IMG/VR virus record: IMGVR_UViG_3300045988_106519
Span: 1-64,000 of that record
Length of the DNA: 64,000 bases
Reading direction: 5' to 3' (one strand)
DNA from: a virus
Shown here: positions 36,459 to 45,885 of the stretch, one piece after another
How the letters are laid out: the number at the start of each line of letters is the position of its first letter
Position numbering within the stretch: position 1 is the first letter of the stretch
The notes under the pieces: model-generated
The model's input: only the letters and a program-made list of their open reading frames with translations
Database searches by the model: none
Told to the model about the DNA's origin: nothing
Program-made: the position numbers and the translations under genes

Positions 36459-36712
36459 TATTTGTCCTCCTTTATCCATCCTTTTTCTAAACAATAATCA
36501 TAAGCATTTTGTATTGCCTCAATAGGAGTATTTTCTTCTTCAACGGGGATAAAATAATTCTCACCATCTGACCAATACAGCTGCCACTTATTACCAACAC
36601 GACTTAAAATTGGCACGTAATCTCCTTTGTCACTCACTTGAGTTGTATCATTATCAGGGTCGATGTCAAAATATGGTATCGACATAAGCATTTTGTCAAT
36701 TATATTCTCCAT
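36458..36712 (-). CDS. hypothetical protein, paralog of 43105-43338
   Basis: Shared .YVP.LS...W..YW.D and NTP.EAI..AY..C blocks. Confidence 0.5.
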   Translation of the reverse strand: MENIIDKMLMSIPYFDIDPDNDTTQVSDKGDYVPILSRVGNKWQLYWSDGENYFIPVEEENTPIEAIQNAYDYCLEKGWIKEDK

Positions 36713-36723
36713 ATTTGTCAGTC

Positions 36724-37065
36724 TTACAATTCTTTAATTAGTAACTTACTTCTTTTGGAAAATGGTTTATAACCATTTTTTAGATACCAAGCTAAAACAA
36801 AACTTTCAGATTCTTCTTTGTCAAATTCTATTCCAATTACTTGAACTCCATTTGAATTAGCTTGTTGTTCAGCAATTTGCAACAGTCGTTTTGCAACTCC
36901 TTTTCTTCTATACCCACTGTCTACATAGAGTGCATATATAAGTGCATCTGCTTTACCAGAAATTTTACTATTATAGCATGGAATAGATACTTGCACAGAA
37001 CCATAATTTTGTTCATCAGTAATTAAAATTCTTATTTCATCTTTCCATTTTTGATACTGTATCAT
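36724..37065 (-). CDS. GNAT-family N-acetyltransferase
   Basis: ALYVDSGYRRKGVAKRLLQIAEQQA is GNAT motif A (R-x-x-G-x-A). Confidence 0.65.
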   Translation of the reverse strand: MIQYQKWKDEIRILITDEQNYGSVQVSIPCYNSKISGKADALIYALYVDSGYRRKGVAKRLLQIAEQQANSNGVQVIGIEFDKEESESFVLAWYLKNGYKPFSKRSKLLIKEL

Positions 37066-37072
37066 TTTCTAA

Positions 37073-37402
37073 CTAGCTAAATTGATTTTTATAAAAGTCT
37101 GGAACTTTATTGACTTCCCACCAAGAACTACATTCGTCTTCACAAGATACTATCCATACTGGTTCTTTAGTATCTTTATCTTGACAATATACTGTACCTT
37201 GAACTTCTTCTTGCATGAAGATAGAATCTACTTCAAAGTCTAAGTCTTCTAGAGTAGTATAGACTTTACAAGACTTGTTTCTTTCTTCCCTATAAAGTCT
37301 GGCAAAAAATTCTTCATCATTATACAAGTCTATTTTAAGTATTTCTAGATTATTTTCTTCGACAATTTCTAGAATTGACTTTTTGACATTTATTTTACAC
37401 AT
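37073..37402 (-). CDS. hypothetical protein (109 aa)
   Basis: ORF track. Confidence 0.5.
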   Translation of the reverse strand: MCKINVKKSILEIVEENNLEILKIDLYNDEEFFARLYREERNKSCKVYTTLEDLDFEVDSIFMQEEVQGTVYCQDKDTKEPVWIVSCEDECSSWWEVNKVPDFYKNQFS

Positions 37403-37536
37403 TATTTATCCTTCAATTCTTTAAGTGCTCCTTCCAAGTAATCAACAATCATTTTTTCTTCAAATTTTGAATAATAGTTACCATTCATATAATGAATAGT
37501 CTTTTCAATAGCTGATTTTATTTTTTCTTTATTCAT
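37402..37536 (-). CDS. hypothetical small protein (44 aa)
   Basis: Hand-found ORF MNKEKIKSAIEKTIHYMNGNYYSKFEE...; ATGA overlap with the upstream stop. Confidence 0.3.
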   Translation of the reverse strand: MNKEKIKSAIEKTIHYMNGNYYSKFEEKMIVDYLEGALKELKDK

Positions 37537-37871
37537 TGATTATCTTGCTTTAAATTAAACTGTTTTGATAAAAATGAATTATTCTTTATCAAATTGACAA
37601 TTTTTTCTTCTGTATGAATGCCCTTCCAAAACAATTCGGTATGACTACCACCTCTATCATCATCTACAGAGAACGGAACACCATAATTTGTATAAATCTC
37701 TCCATGATGTTTGATAACGTGACGACCTGGATTATTTTGGATATTACTTATCAAAACTTCATTATCACATTCACACCATATCTCATATTCTGCATTTGTT
37801 AGAGTTTTATCAATTCCAATAGGGAAATGCCCAGAACACCCATCTGTTCCAAAGTAAATAATTTCTGCCAT
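37533..37871 (-). CDS. hypothetical protein, paralog of 35318-35749
   Basis: See 35318-35749. Confidence 0.55.
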   Translation of the reverse strand: MAEIIYFGTDGCSGHFPIGIDKTLTNAEYEIWCECDNEVLISNIQNNPGRHVIKHHGEIYTNYGVPFSVDDDRGGSHTELFWKGIHTEEKIVNLIKNNSFLSKQFNLKQDNQ

Positions 37872-37901
37872 ATTCTCTTTTTTACCCTCTCTCTGGTATA
37901 G

Positions 37902-38042
37902 TTATTTTCTTTTACGTTTTTTATTTTGCAGATACTGTCCGTATTCTTTTGGTGAGCTTGTAAATATTGGGCCGTAAGTTATAAATGTAGGCTTGTTGTA
38001 GTAAAGTCTGCATATGGGATCTATTTGTTCTATATTATTCAT
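37902..38042 (-). CDS. hypothetical small basic-tailed protein (46 aa)
   Basis: Hand-found ORF MNNIEQIDPICRLYYNKPTF...KKRKRK. Confidence 0.25.
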   Translation of the reverse strand: MNNIEQIDPICRLYYNKPTFITYGPIFTSSPKEYGQYLQNKKRKRK

Positions 38043-38058
38043 GTTTTGCTATTTTTAC

Positions 38059-38202
38059 TCAGTCTGACTTTTGGAGTTCTTTCAAAGCTTCTTCCAAACA
38101 ACAAATGCAATTATTCAAATATGTCTGTCTGTTTTCATATTTGCGTAAAATTGCTAAATGTTTTGCTTTTTGTATCAGCTCTTTAACTTTTTTCTTATCC
38201 AT
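38059..38202 (-). CDS. hypothetical small protein (47 aa)
   Basis: Hand-found ORF MDKKKVKELIQKAKHLAILRKYENRQ... Confidence 0.25.
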   Translation of the reverse strand: MDKKKVKELIQKAKHLAILRKYENRQTYLNNCICCLEEALKELQKSD

Positions 38203-38206
38203 AGTT

Positions 38207-38353
38207 CTAAATTGGTTCTTGTTTAATAACTTCGTCAAGCCTTGCCTCCATCTGCTGAATGATATTGTCTATTGTCTTGCCTTGATAATCAATAGTTACT
38301 TCTTTGAGGATAGCTAACTGTGATGTAAGTCTGAATCTGTTTGGTACTATCAT
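38207..38353 (-). CDS. hypothetical small protein (48 aa)
   Basis: Hand-found ORF MIVPNRFRLTSQLAILKEVTIDYQGK... Confidence 0.25.
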   Translation of the reverse strand: MIVPNRFRLTSQLAILKEVTIDYQGKTIDNIIQQMEARLDEVIKQEPI

Positions 38354-38355
38354 AA

Positions 38356-38748
38356 TCACGTATGTTTAATTAAATAATCCTTGGCTCTCAATGCAACTCC
38401 CTTGATAGCAGTCTTCTTGTGAGTTACATTGCCAGTTGTTAAGTCATCTGCCATTTCCTCGATGGTGGTGAATTTAGCAATTAACTTATTGCGTAACTTT
38501 TGTTCTATTAACAAACGTTCTTTATTATCCACTCTATTACTTACCCATGCCGGAAATCCACCAATATTTCCAGTATACTCTGCATCTAAAACATAGAAAG
38601 GCACACCGAGATTATTGTGACTTGGTTCATATACCATAACTGATACATAAGAGTTGTTAAGAGGATTTGCTATATACATAACAGAGTCGTCTGGCATATT
38701 CCAGGTAATATCTCTAAATTTTCCAAGATTCATATAATTCCACGCCAT
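38356..38748 (-). CDS. hypothetical protein (130 aa)
   Basis: The track ORF begins at a TTG; the start is moved to the ATG at 38748 (MAWNYMNLGKF). Confidence 0.5.
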   Translation of the reverse strand: MAWNYMNLGKFRDITWNMPDDSVMYIANPLNNSYVSVMVYEPSHNNLGVPFYVLDAEYTGNIGGFPAWVSNRVDNKERLLIEQKLRNKLIAKFTTIEEMADDLTTGNVTHKKTAIKGVALRAKDYLIKHT

Positions 38749-38798
38749 ATTCTTCCTTCTTTTTACTCTTCTCCCTGTTGCCAAGAAGAGGATGGTTA

Positions 38799-38933
38799 TT
38801 ATTCTACAATAAATCCATTTTCAGAGCAAGTGTCAATAGCTTTAATTGCTATCCAAATTGCTTGTTTCTGTTCATCGTCTGTAAGATTGCTTCTAATCTC
38901 ACACAACTTTCTTTTTGCTTCTGTTGCTTTCAT
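38799..38933 (-). CDS. hypothetical small protein (44 aa)
   Basis: Hand-found ORF MKATEAKRKLCEIRSNLTDDEQKQAIW... Confidence 0.25.
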   Translation of the reverse strand: MKATEAKRKLCEIRSNLTDDEQKQAIWIAIKAIDTCSENGFIVE

Positions 38934-38945
38934 AAGTTATTGTAT

Positions 38946-39188
38946 TTAAAGTTCAAACTCTCTGACTACTTTTGGTAACTTGTTATAACCTTTTTCAAGA
39001 TGGTGCTGCTTGCAAGCTTCGATAGCTTCATCTTCTGTAGTGTAATACTGCTTACAACAAGACATACTTAAATCGTCGTTTTCTATTTCTGTCCATATAG
39101 GCTGTATGTAATATGCACCTTCACTATTTGTTTCTTTACAAACTAAGGCACGATAGCCTTTTTCACTTTTTATGATTCTGTATTTCAT
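38946..39188 (-). CDS. hypothetical protein (80 aa)
   Basis: ORF track. MKYRIIKSEKGY resembles the N-terminus of 39595-39750. Confidence 0.45.
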   Translation of the reverse strand: MKYRIIKSEKGYRALVCKETNSEGAYYIQPIWTEIENDDLSMSCCKQYYTTEDEAIEACKQHHLEKGYNKLPKVVREFEL

Positions 39189-39583
39189 TTTTTGATTAGT
39201 GTATTATTAGTGTTACTCAATGTCCATTCCATATCAATTCCTCCATATCCACCATATCCACTCTTTTCTAGAGCTTCAATAACATTAGAAGCATTACAAC
39301 AATACTCCCCATTATCGTTTTTCCATTCTTCTAATGTCATAGGAATTGTTTCATGGAGATAAAGATTAGCTAAACCTTCATCATTAAAAGCAAATACATT
39401 AGGATATATCTCTGATACTTTACAACCCCAAAGTCCACCATCACGCCAATAATAAGCCGATAAAAATCCTTCTTTGTCCACATGAGGATGAGAGTTCAGT
39501 CTCATACCATTAACAAAACACGGCATACCTTTATAATATGGGATGTTTCGTTTATAGGTTATTTTTCTATCTTTTTGTGTCAT
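39185..39583 (-). CDS. hypothetical protein (132 aa)
   Basis: ORF track. Confidence 0.5.
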   Translation of the reverse strand: MTQKDRKITYKRNIPYYKGMPCFVNGMRLNSHPHVDKEGFLSAYYWRDGGLWGCKVSEIYPNVFAFNDEGLANLYLHETIPMTLEEWKNDNGEYCCNASNVIEALEKSGYGGYGGIDMEWTLSNTNNTLIKK

Positions 39584-39594
39584 ATTCTATCTAT

Positions 39595-39750
39595 TTATGC
39601 CTCCGAAGGCGTTAAACACCAAACTTCTGCTTTTGGCTTAGTCTTGAACTGCTTATCTTTAACCTCATGCCAAATTCCATCAGGTGTATTTCTATATTCA
39701 ATAAGAAACAAACCTTTCTCAATTTTGACTATTCTATATTCAAAATACAT
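39595..39750 (-). CDS. hypothetical small protein (51 aa)
   Basis: Hand-found ORF MYFEYRIVKIEKGLFLIEYRNTPDGIWHEV... Confidence 0.3.
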   Translation of the reverse strand: MYFEYRIVKIEKGLFLIEYRNTPDGIWHEVKDKQFKTKPKAEVWCLTPSEA

Positions 39751-39762
39751 ACGCTTTACTCA

Positions 39763-39924
39763 TTAAAACATAATTTTAAAACTCTTACCTTTCAAAGTAG
39801 GTCTCTTTTTGAGGACGAACTTTATTAAATCTTCAAAATCAATCGGGAAGAGTGCACAATATTTATACTTTAATGTGCAAATGAATCTTCCATTAAGCAT
39901 AACGTCAAATACAAGAGTTTTCAT
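39763..39924 (-). CDS. hypothetical small protein (53 aa)
   Basis: Hand-found ORF MKTLVFDVMLNGRFICTLKYKY...; ATGA overlap with the upstream stop. Confidence 0.3.
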   Translation of the reverse strand: MKTLVFDVMLNGRFICTLKYKYCALFPIDFEDLIKFVLKKRPTLKGKSFKIMF

Positions 39925-40247
39925 TGCTCACTTCTTTTCGGTAATATGTCTTTGATGTAGCACCACTTTGTAATTTTGTTATACTCAACAAATTTCTTCC
40001 ATTCTAAATCGTCGAATATATCATCAATACCAACATCCATACCACCTTGTTCATCATGCCACAGGTAAAGAATATCAGCTGAACCTTGTGGTTTCTCGCT
40101 TACATCATGCCATAAAGCACTCTGTAACCATTTTACATCTTCAACAAATGCTTCACGTTTTGCTGAAACATAGATTCCTTCATCAGCTTCTGGCCCATGA
40201 CCAACATATTGATTGGCAGCTTGGACTATTCTATCATCGTCTATCAT
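39921..40247 (-). CDS. hypothetical protein (108 aa)
   Basis: ORF track. Confidence 0.5.
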   Translation of the reverse strand: MIDDDRIVQAANQYVGHGPEADEGIYVSAKREAFVEDVKWLQSALWHDVSEKPQGSADILYLWHDEQGGMDVGIDDIFDDLEWKKFVEYNKITKWCYIKDILPKRSEQ

Positions 40248-40266
40248 GTTGTTAGAGCTTTAATTA

Positions 40267-40989
40267 TTATTTGTTATATGGGTCTGTTGTGTTAAGCAAA
40301 TGAGCAGTTTGCTCATTGTAAGGAATGCAATACTTCCATCCTTTATGACCTAAACTTACATAAACAAATTCTGAAGACCAGTCATAATGAGAGAACAAAC
40401 CAATCTTCCATTTTTCATCTTTTTTACCATCTCTTACCAACACCTGGTCAAATGGTTTAAACTCACATTCTGGCTTTATAGGTTCTACTTGCAGTGTCTC
40501 GAAGTTATACTTGCCTTTAAGCAGCGTTTCAACCCTCTTGATAAATTGTTTTCGTTCTTCTTCATCAGCTTTACGAAATAAAATAGTTAAACAAACCTCC
40601 TCTTCACCTGTATTGTTGTCACAATATAAATTGATAGTAGTGTTGAACTTTGTGTAAGCGTCATTTGCCCAGCCATCGAAAATAACAGCCATACCAGCCA
40701 TACCCCCTCCCATTTTTATAAGCACATCCCCTCGCTTGAAAAAATGGTTCCAATCTCGCATTTCTGAAGAAGGAAAGAGTATACATTCAGCATTAGGATA
40801 TCCTTTAGTAAGGAATCCTTCTTTTGTATAACTATGTTGACGGTTATAAGTATCTAATATGAAAATAGGATATTCATCATCCTTAGTACTAATTCCGTTA
40901 AAAATGACTTCCCCTTCAATTAAAGAAAATAGTTTCATTTCCTTAGGGCAATCTTTTAAGATTTCTGCTATATTAATTTTATTGCTCAT
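40267..40989 (-). CDS. hypothetical protein, paralog of 41209-42159
   Basis: Shared NIAEILK.CPK..KL N-terminus and FKPFD.VLVR...CIPY...LL.TTD C-terminus. Start moved to the ATG at 40989. Confidence 0.55.
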   Translation of the reverse strand: MSNKINIAEILKDCPKEMKLFSLIEGEVIFNGISTKDDEYPIFILDTYNRQHSYTKEGFLTKGYPNAECILFPSSEMRDWNHFFKRGDVLIKMGGGMAGMAVIFDGWANDAYTKFNTTINLYCDNNTGEEEVCLTILFRKADEEERKQFIKRVETLLKGKYNFETLQVEPIKPECEFKPFDQVLVRDGKKDEKWKIGLFSHYDWSSEFVYVSLGHKGWKYCIPYNEQTAHLLNTTDPYNK

Positions 40990-41197
40990 TGTTGTATGAT
41001 TCATAATTTTCTCTTGTGATTTCTTTATAGAATGATATAACAATACTATCTATTGGTAGTTTAACATTTTCTATAACATGTTTTTCTACTTCCTTTAAAG
41101 GAATATCGTTTAATGTTGTATTAAAAGTGCCTTTAACATGTATCATGTTGCTACCTCTTGAGAGAATAGCAACATAATAATAGTACTTTCTATCCAT
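40979..41197 (-). CDS. hypothetical protein (72 aa)
   Basis: ORF track. Confidence 0.45.
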   Translation of the reverse strand: MDRKYYYYVAILSRGSNMIHVKGTFNTTLNDIPLKEVEKHVIENVKLPIDSIVISFYKEITRENYESYNNEQ

Positions 41198-41208
41198 AGT
41201 TGTTTTGT

Positions 41209-42159
41209 TTATGTTGGGGAATCAGTTGTGTCTAACAGATATTCATTGCCTTCATAAGGAATACATTGAGAGTATGTAAGACCTCCAACACAAAAATATT
41301 TAAAAGTATTTGTGTTTATAAAGTTTAGAAAAATAGATGGCATCCATATTTGATTATTATTATTTCTAACTAGCACTTTATCAAAAGGTTTGAACTCTTG
41401 TTTTATAAGTTTATGTTGCTCTTTGTCATACTTGTAGCCTTCTCTAACTAAAGCTGAAAGTAATTTATTCCTTTCTACTGTAGAAGTTGATATAAGATGC
41501 ATTACATTTATTCTAGTAATTATTCCTTCATTATAAATTAACTTATTATCACTATTTCTAAGTTCACAATAATACTGAGTGCAATTATCCGAGTCTAGTA
41601 CTCCTTTTAATAGATATAGATTGTTAATTTCATCTTTTACAATATCACCTTCTTTAAACTTAGGTTCTAATTTCTCTAACTCCAAAGTATCAGCATTCCA
41701 TCTATATCCAGCTTCTGCCATCTTATCAAATAGTTTTTTCTTAGCTTCTTCTGAAGCTGGAATGTAAAATTCAGAAGTCCATCCATAAGTTGTTCCTATG
41801 TTAAAATGGTCAGTACCGTCAACACCACATATATATTTAGGTGAAGTACCCCAGTAATATTCACCACTTGCAATAAATGGTATAGTACCGTCTGCTTCCA
41901 TCATAATGTCACCTCTTTTGACAGGTATTCTAAACTGACTCCAATCTCTTTGGTCTCTAGATGGGAATATGACACATTCTCCACTATGAGAATAACGTCC
42001 TTCATAATCTAAAGTATATGAAGTACTTATTGTATCAGCTACTTTTCTTATTACTATAGTCCCAATATTTGTAATTTCTCCAAGTTCTGCATTACCACAC
42101 AAAGTACAATATAATTTAGTACCTTTAGGACAATACTTTAATATTTCTGCTATGTTCAT
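41209..42159 (-). CDS. hypothetical protein, paralog of 40267-40989
   Basis: See 40267-40989. Confidence 0.55.
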   Translation of the reverse strand: MNIAEILKYCPKGTKLYCTLCGNAELGEITNIGTIVIRKVADTISTSYTLDYEGRYSHSGECVIFPSRDQRDWSQFRIPVKRGDIMMEADGTIPFIASGEYYWGTSPKYICGVDGTDHFNIGTTYGWTSEFYIPASEEAKKKLFDKMAEAGYRWNADTLELEKLEPKFKEGDIVKDEINNLYLLKGVLDSDNCTQYYCELRNSDNKLIYNEGIITRINVMHLISTSTVERNKLLSALVREGYKYDKEQHKLIKQEFKPFDKVLVRNNNNQIWMPSIFLNFINTNTFKYFCVGGLTYSQCIPYEGNEYLLDTTDSPT

Positions 42160-42160
42160 A

Positions 42161-42427
42161 TTATTTAATGTATGTATAAATATCTAAATAAATTTCAGCT
42201 AGATTCCTTTCTTTAAGGTTATCTAAAGCCTGCTGTTCTATCAGACCCATGTTATTTACTAAGTTATTGAACTCTCTTTTATTATAAACGGCTTGCGTAT
42301 CTATGGCATCATAATCTAATATTTCATGCTGCTCACCAAAGTGTGTTTCTGCTGTTAATCTTACTTCTAAATCACCATTTTCTTTTTTATAGTGTTCTAG
42401 AATTTTTTGTAATTCAGATATTTTCAT
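42161..42427 (-). CDS. hypothetical protein (88 aa)
   Basis: ORF track. Confidence 0.5.
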   Translation of the reverse strand: MKISELQKILEHYKKENGDLEVRLTAETHFGEQHEILDYDAIDTQAVYNKREFNNLVNNMGLIEQQALDNLKERNLAEIYLDIYTYIK

Positions 42428-42641
42428 AATCTCTTAATTCAAATGTTTCTTTACAACAAGGACAGTATACTATATAATGGTAGCATCTTTTACGCCCTCC
42501 ATCACTAGTATATACCCAATGATATTCTTTTCCATAATCTCCTTCTTCTATCAAAAGAAGAGAATCACAATGTGGACATCTATATTTCAAAGGTAGTTTT
42601 ATAGATTCCCCTCGCCTAGCTTTATCTTCAAGAATTTTCAT
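42414..42641 (-). CDS. hypothetical zinc-ribbon protein (75 aa)
   Basis: CPHC ... CPCC pairs. Confidence 0.5.
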   Translation of the reverse strand: MKILEDKARRGESIKLPLKYRCPHCDSLLLIEEGDYGKEYHWVYTSDGGRKRCYHYIVYCPCCKETFELRDYENI

Positions 42642-43101
42642 GAAATAAAGATTTAAGATATTCTTTTGTCCATTTAATATATGGATATGCTGTTTTTAGT
42701 TTATTAATATACTCACGTCCTGGACTAAGAATATCATCAAAAGAATATTCATAACATTCTCTTTTTTCTTCTTTGATACATTCAGGAGACTTACAGCCAT
42801 AATGCCCTACATTCCAAGTATCATAAATAGCAGGATAGATTATTTCATATATAAAGGCACCATCTTTATACTTAAGATTAAGTAAACTAAGAATCTTTTG
42901 ACGTGTAGGTATATCTAATCCAAGTAGTTCTGGATCAATATCTATGTTAGTTTCTCTAAGAAGCCAATATAGATATTGTCTATCCCATATAAGAATATCT
43001 TGAATAGTTTTGCCTTTATGTCTACCAAAACCTATAACTTTATTTAATGTCTTTCGTTTTAGAGATGCAAATCTTTGCTTTAAATCCTCATATTCTTGCA
43101 T
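42628..43101 (-). CDS. hypothetical protein with DUF3820-like N-terminal motif
   Basis: FGRHKGKTIQDILIWDRQYLYWLL resembles the DUF3820 signature as I remember it. Confidence 0.4.
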   Translation of the reverse strand: MQEYEDLKQRFASLKRKTLNKVIGFGRHKGKTIQDILIWDRQYLYWLLRETNIDIDPELLGLDIPTRQKILSLLNLKYKDGAFIYEIIYPAIYDTWNVGHYGCKSPECIKEEKRECYEYSFDDILSPGREYINKLKTAYPYIKWTKEYLKSLFHENS

Positions 43102-43104
43102 AAT

Positions 43105-43338
43105 CTATATTAAATGTGCTGATTTACATCCTTCATAAGCTTCTTTAATAGCTTCTTCAGGAGTATTTGCTGTAAAATGTAACCTTAAAATTTCATGAGT
43201 GTCTATATCAATCCAATACACAATATATTGAACTAATATATTGTCTATTACACTAAGAGTAGGTACATATCCTAAATTAGTTTTATGATAATCTTCATCC
43301 AGTTGTGGAAGCTTTGCAAACATTTCTAATTCTGTCAT
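43105..43338 (-). CDS. hypothetical protein, paralog of 36458-36712
   Basis: See 36458-36712. Confidence 0.5.
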   Translation of the reverse strand: MTELEMFAKLPQLDEDYHKTNLGYVPTLSVIDNILVQYIVYWIDIDTHEILRLHFTANTPEEAIKEAYEGCKSAHLI

Positions 43339-43343
43339 AGTTA

Positions 43344-43862
43344 CTAATTTTTATAAATAGTATCAAGGATTTCTTGAAAGTTAGGATTGTCTATTACTGC
43401 TTGAGCATCTTCTGCCCTATTAAAAAGAGCTTCTATACCAGTTAAACTATTTCTATACCATGCAGAAGCTGTATTAACTCGATAACCTTTGAATCTCATA
43501 TCATATAAAATATTATAACATTTGTCAATTTTGGTATGTAATCTGTTGTAATACTCAGCAATATTAAGAAGTTGATTTAATGCTAACAATCTTTCAAGTT
43601 GTTTTTCATTAGTTGCAACATTTTTCCTAAAATAGAAATCTATATCTCCATTAAATGTAGTTACATGAGATATATATTTATTAATTTTACCCATATTATT
43701 TATACGATAATAATCCGTAATGTCACTATTAAATAACATATTACTTATATCTTTATAAGTTGGATTATGTATAGGTTTGAATCTAACACACTCAAATGTA
43801 GAGTTTTCTTTATCAATTTCATAACCTTTTGGAGCTTGTATTTTAAGTTCTTTTGTTTCCAT
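43344..43862 (-). CDS. hypothetical protein (172 aa)
   Basis: ORF track. Confidence 0.5.
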   Translation of the reverse strand: METKELKIQAPKGYEIDKENSTFECVRFKPIHNPTYKDISNMLFNSDITDYYRINNMGKINKYISHVTTFNGDIDFYFRKNVATNEKQLERLLALNQLLNIAEYYNRLHTKIDKCYNILYDMRFKGYRVNTASAWYRNSLTGIEALFNRAEDAQAVIDNPNFQEILDTIYKN

Positions 43863-44080
43863 ATTTGTAATTTATTTATTAGAGAGGGAGAAGTACGAAT
43901 TGAACGTATTTTGATTACTTGATGTATTAACTTCATCCATTATCATTTATTTGCTAAAACATTATATAGCTAATGATGGAAAGCCTTTACCTGCAACATT
44001 ATCTTGCGTTACCTTTTCACCTTATCACCTGTCCTACATATTTATAACTATGTAGGTATCTCCCTATTTTTTATGAAAAT

Positions 44081-44269
44081 TTATTTAATTTGCTTTTGAG
44101 TTTCTTTTAATAATGTTAAGAACTTAACTTTAAATTTATCATCTATAGCTATAAGTAAATGAAGACCTTTTAGATATTCATTATCTATATTATTTATATG
44201 CTTGATGAGGTACTTTAAAGTATGTTTCTTTATTAATTCTGAATAACTATCATCGTTGTAGCTTAACAT
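44081..44269 (-). CDS. hypothetical protein (62 aa)
   Basis: ORF track. Confidence 0.4.
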   Translation of the reverse strand: MLSYNDDSYSELIKKHTLKYLIKHINNIDNEYLKGLHLLIAIDDKFKVKFLTLLKETQKQIK

Positions 44270-44329
44270 TCTTAGTGATATTTATAGGAGTATCTTCTTT
44301 AAAGTATTCCCATGATGTGTATTCTTCTT

Positions 44330-44503
44330 TCATAGATCATTATATTCTTGTTGTAAACAAACTGCATCTTCATAGTAATCATCTATAAAGAATTGACAGT
44401 CAGCTTTGCTAGTTACACTTCCTTTGAACTTAATATTCATCCATTTCTCAATAAGTTTTATTTTACTTCTTTGAGATGGAGTTGATCTTTCTAAAGTTAT
44501 CAT
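44330..44503 (-). CDS. hypothetical small protein (57 aa)
   Basis: Hand-found ORF MITLERSTPSQRSKIKLIEKWMNIKF...; its start overlaps the upstream stop (TAATG). Confidence 0.3.
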   Translation of the reverse strand: MITLERSTPSQRSKIKLIEKWMNIKFKGSVTSKADCQFFIDDYYEDAVCLQQEYNDL

Positions 44504-44751
44504 TACTTATAAACTACTGTTGTATCTATGGATATATTGCCTTTATATGTTATTTGTAGAGTTGTTTTGCCTCTATAAACATCTATAGCTTCAGGGGATT
44601 TAAAACTATTTATACACCACATTCCGAATGCTGTAATCATACCTCCAAAATATGCAGTTACAGTAATAGGTATGTCATAGTCAAATTCTACAAAAACTTT
44701 AGCAAATAATATAGATCCAATAAGTATTGCAATTATTCCTATTATAATCAT
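44503..44751 (-). CDS. small membrane protein (82 aa)
   Basis: Two hydrophobic segments (IIIGIIAILIGSILFA; ITAFGMWCI). Confidence 0.5.
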   Translation of the reverse strand: MIIIGIIAILIGSILFAKVFVEFDYDIPITVTAYFGGMITAFGMWCINSFKSPEAIDVYRGKTTLQITYKGNISIDTTVVYK

Positions 44752-44954
44752 ATTGTTTCAAATGTTAATGTACATTGTTTACATTCTGGGGAATGAATAA
44801 TTCCTTTACCAGGAAAATAGATATAATCATGATGCTTATATTCAAATTCTTGAGGCTTTTTATTTACAGGATAAAAGTTAATTAATAATATCTCCATAAT
44901 CATAAGTATAGCTATAAATGTTATTATAGCTAAAGTTTTAAATGTACTACTCAT
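44748..44954 (-). CDS. small membrane protein (68 aa)
   Basis: N-terminal TM segment LAIITFIAILMIMEILLI. Confidence 0.5.
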   Translation of the reverse strand: MSSTFKTLAIITFIAILMIMEILLINFYPVNKKPQEFEYKHHDYIYFPGKGIIHSPECKQCTLTFETI

Positions 44955-45334
44955 TTTAATATTTTTACTTTAACTTTCTCTAACTTAACTCTTCTAGTAT
45001 CTTTAGGATGGATTAAGATGTCAATACAATGATTGTGACGTTTGTTCATGACATCTTTTACTTCATAGATACCAAAGCCTTCAATATATACTCTTTTAGG
45101 TTTGTTTTTAGGAAATAACCAGAGTAAGTCTCTTGAGATTGCGCACCACTTTATTCTATTATTCTTTAAATGACGAAGATTTATCTTACTGCCATCAGAA
45201 GTAACCAGTGGCTCAGAATTACATTGAGCCTTGACTGGTTGATAATAGGTGAGAGTGACATGAGTTATTGTTTCTCCTATGATAGGAATATTAACTATAA
45301 AGAATAGTAGAGATATTAATATGTATTTCTTCAT
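44951..45334 (-). CDS. Secreted 3D/RlpA-like (double-psi beta-barrel) cell-wall-binding or lytic protein
   Basis: Signal peptide, then TLTYYQP...TSDGSKI...CAISRDL...VYIEGFGIYEVKDVMNKRHNHCIDIL, which follows the 3D-domain pattern. Confidence 0.5.
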   Translation of the reverse strand: MKKYILISLLFFIVNIPIIGETITHVTLTYYQPVKAQCNSEPLVTSDGSKINLRHLKNNRIKWCAISRDLLWLFPKNKPKRVYIEGFGIYEVKDVMNKRHNHCIDILIHPKDTRRVKLEKVKVKILK

Positions 45335-45374
45335 TTGTAATATAATAATTAAAAGTAATATAATTCTTGAGTTG

Positions 45375-45584
45375 TTATAATTTACATCCAGGTTGTCTGT
45401 ATCTATGGTATTTCTTAACCTCTTCTATAGTATGCTTACTTTGTTTTTCTCTGTGCTTTGTGCATTTAGCACAGAGATTTACATCTTCATATAGAGAACA
45501 TCCAGATGTAGTATTCATTCTACTAACTCTATAAGAACATTTTTCTTTCTTTAGAGGACATTGTTTTATCTCTTTTGTTTTCAT
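45375..45584 (-). CDS. hypothetical Cys-rich protein (69 aa)
   Basis: Start moved to the ATG at 45584 (MKTKEIKQCPLKKEKC...). Confidence 0.45.
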   Translation of the reverse strand: MKTKEIKQCPLKKEKCSYRVSRMNTTSGCSLYEDVNLCAKCTKHREKQSKHTIEEVKKYHRYRQPGCKL

Positions 45585-45630
45585 ATTACTAAATCTATTT
45601 TTAAAAGTTATTTTACTAAAGGAGAACAAA

Positions 45631-45885
45631 TTAATGTTCTCCTAATTTAGATAAAGCTTCTGCAAACGCATCTACATATTCATAAAGATGTTCTTCTTCC
45701 TGTGAGTCTTGAGCTTGTAAAAAAGCAATTACTTGTTGTGCTACATGTTTACCTTCTTCAGAACAAAAAGATGTATCAACTTTATACCATTCAAGAAAGT
45801 CTGATGTATTAGTTGTTTTATATTGTTCTATACCTACTCCTCCTGATGTTAATGCAATGGCTTCTACTAGTTCTTTATGTGTCAT
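45631..45885 (-). CDS. hypothetical acidic protein (84 aa)
   Basis: ORF track. Confidence 0.5.
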   Translation of the reverse strand: MTHKELVEAIALTSGGVGIEQYKTTNTSDFLEWYKVDTSFCSEEGKHVAQQVIAFLQAQDSQEEEHLYEYVDAFAEALSKLGEH

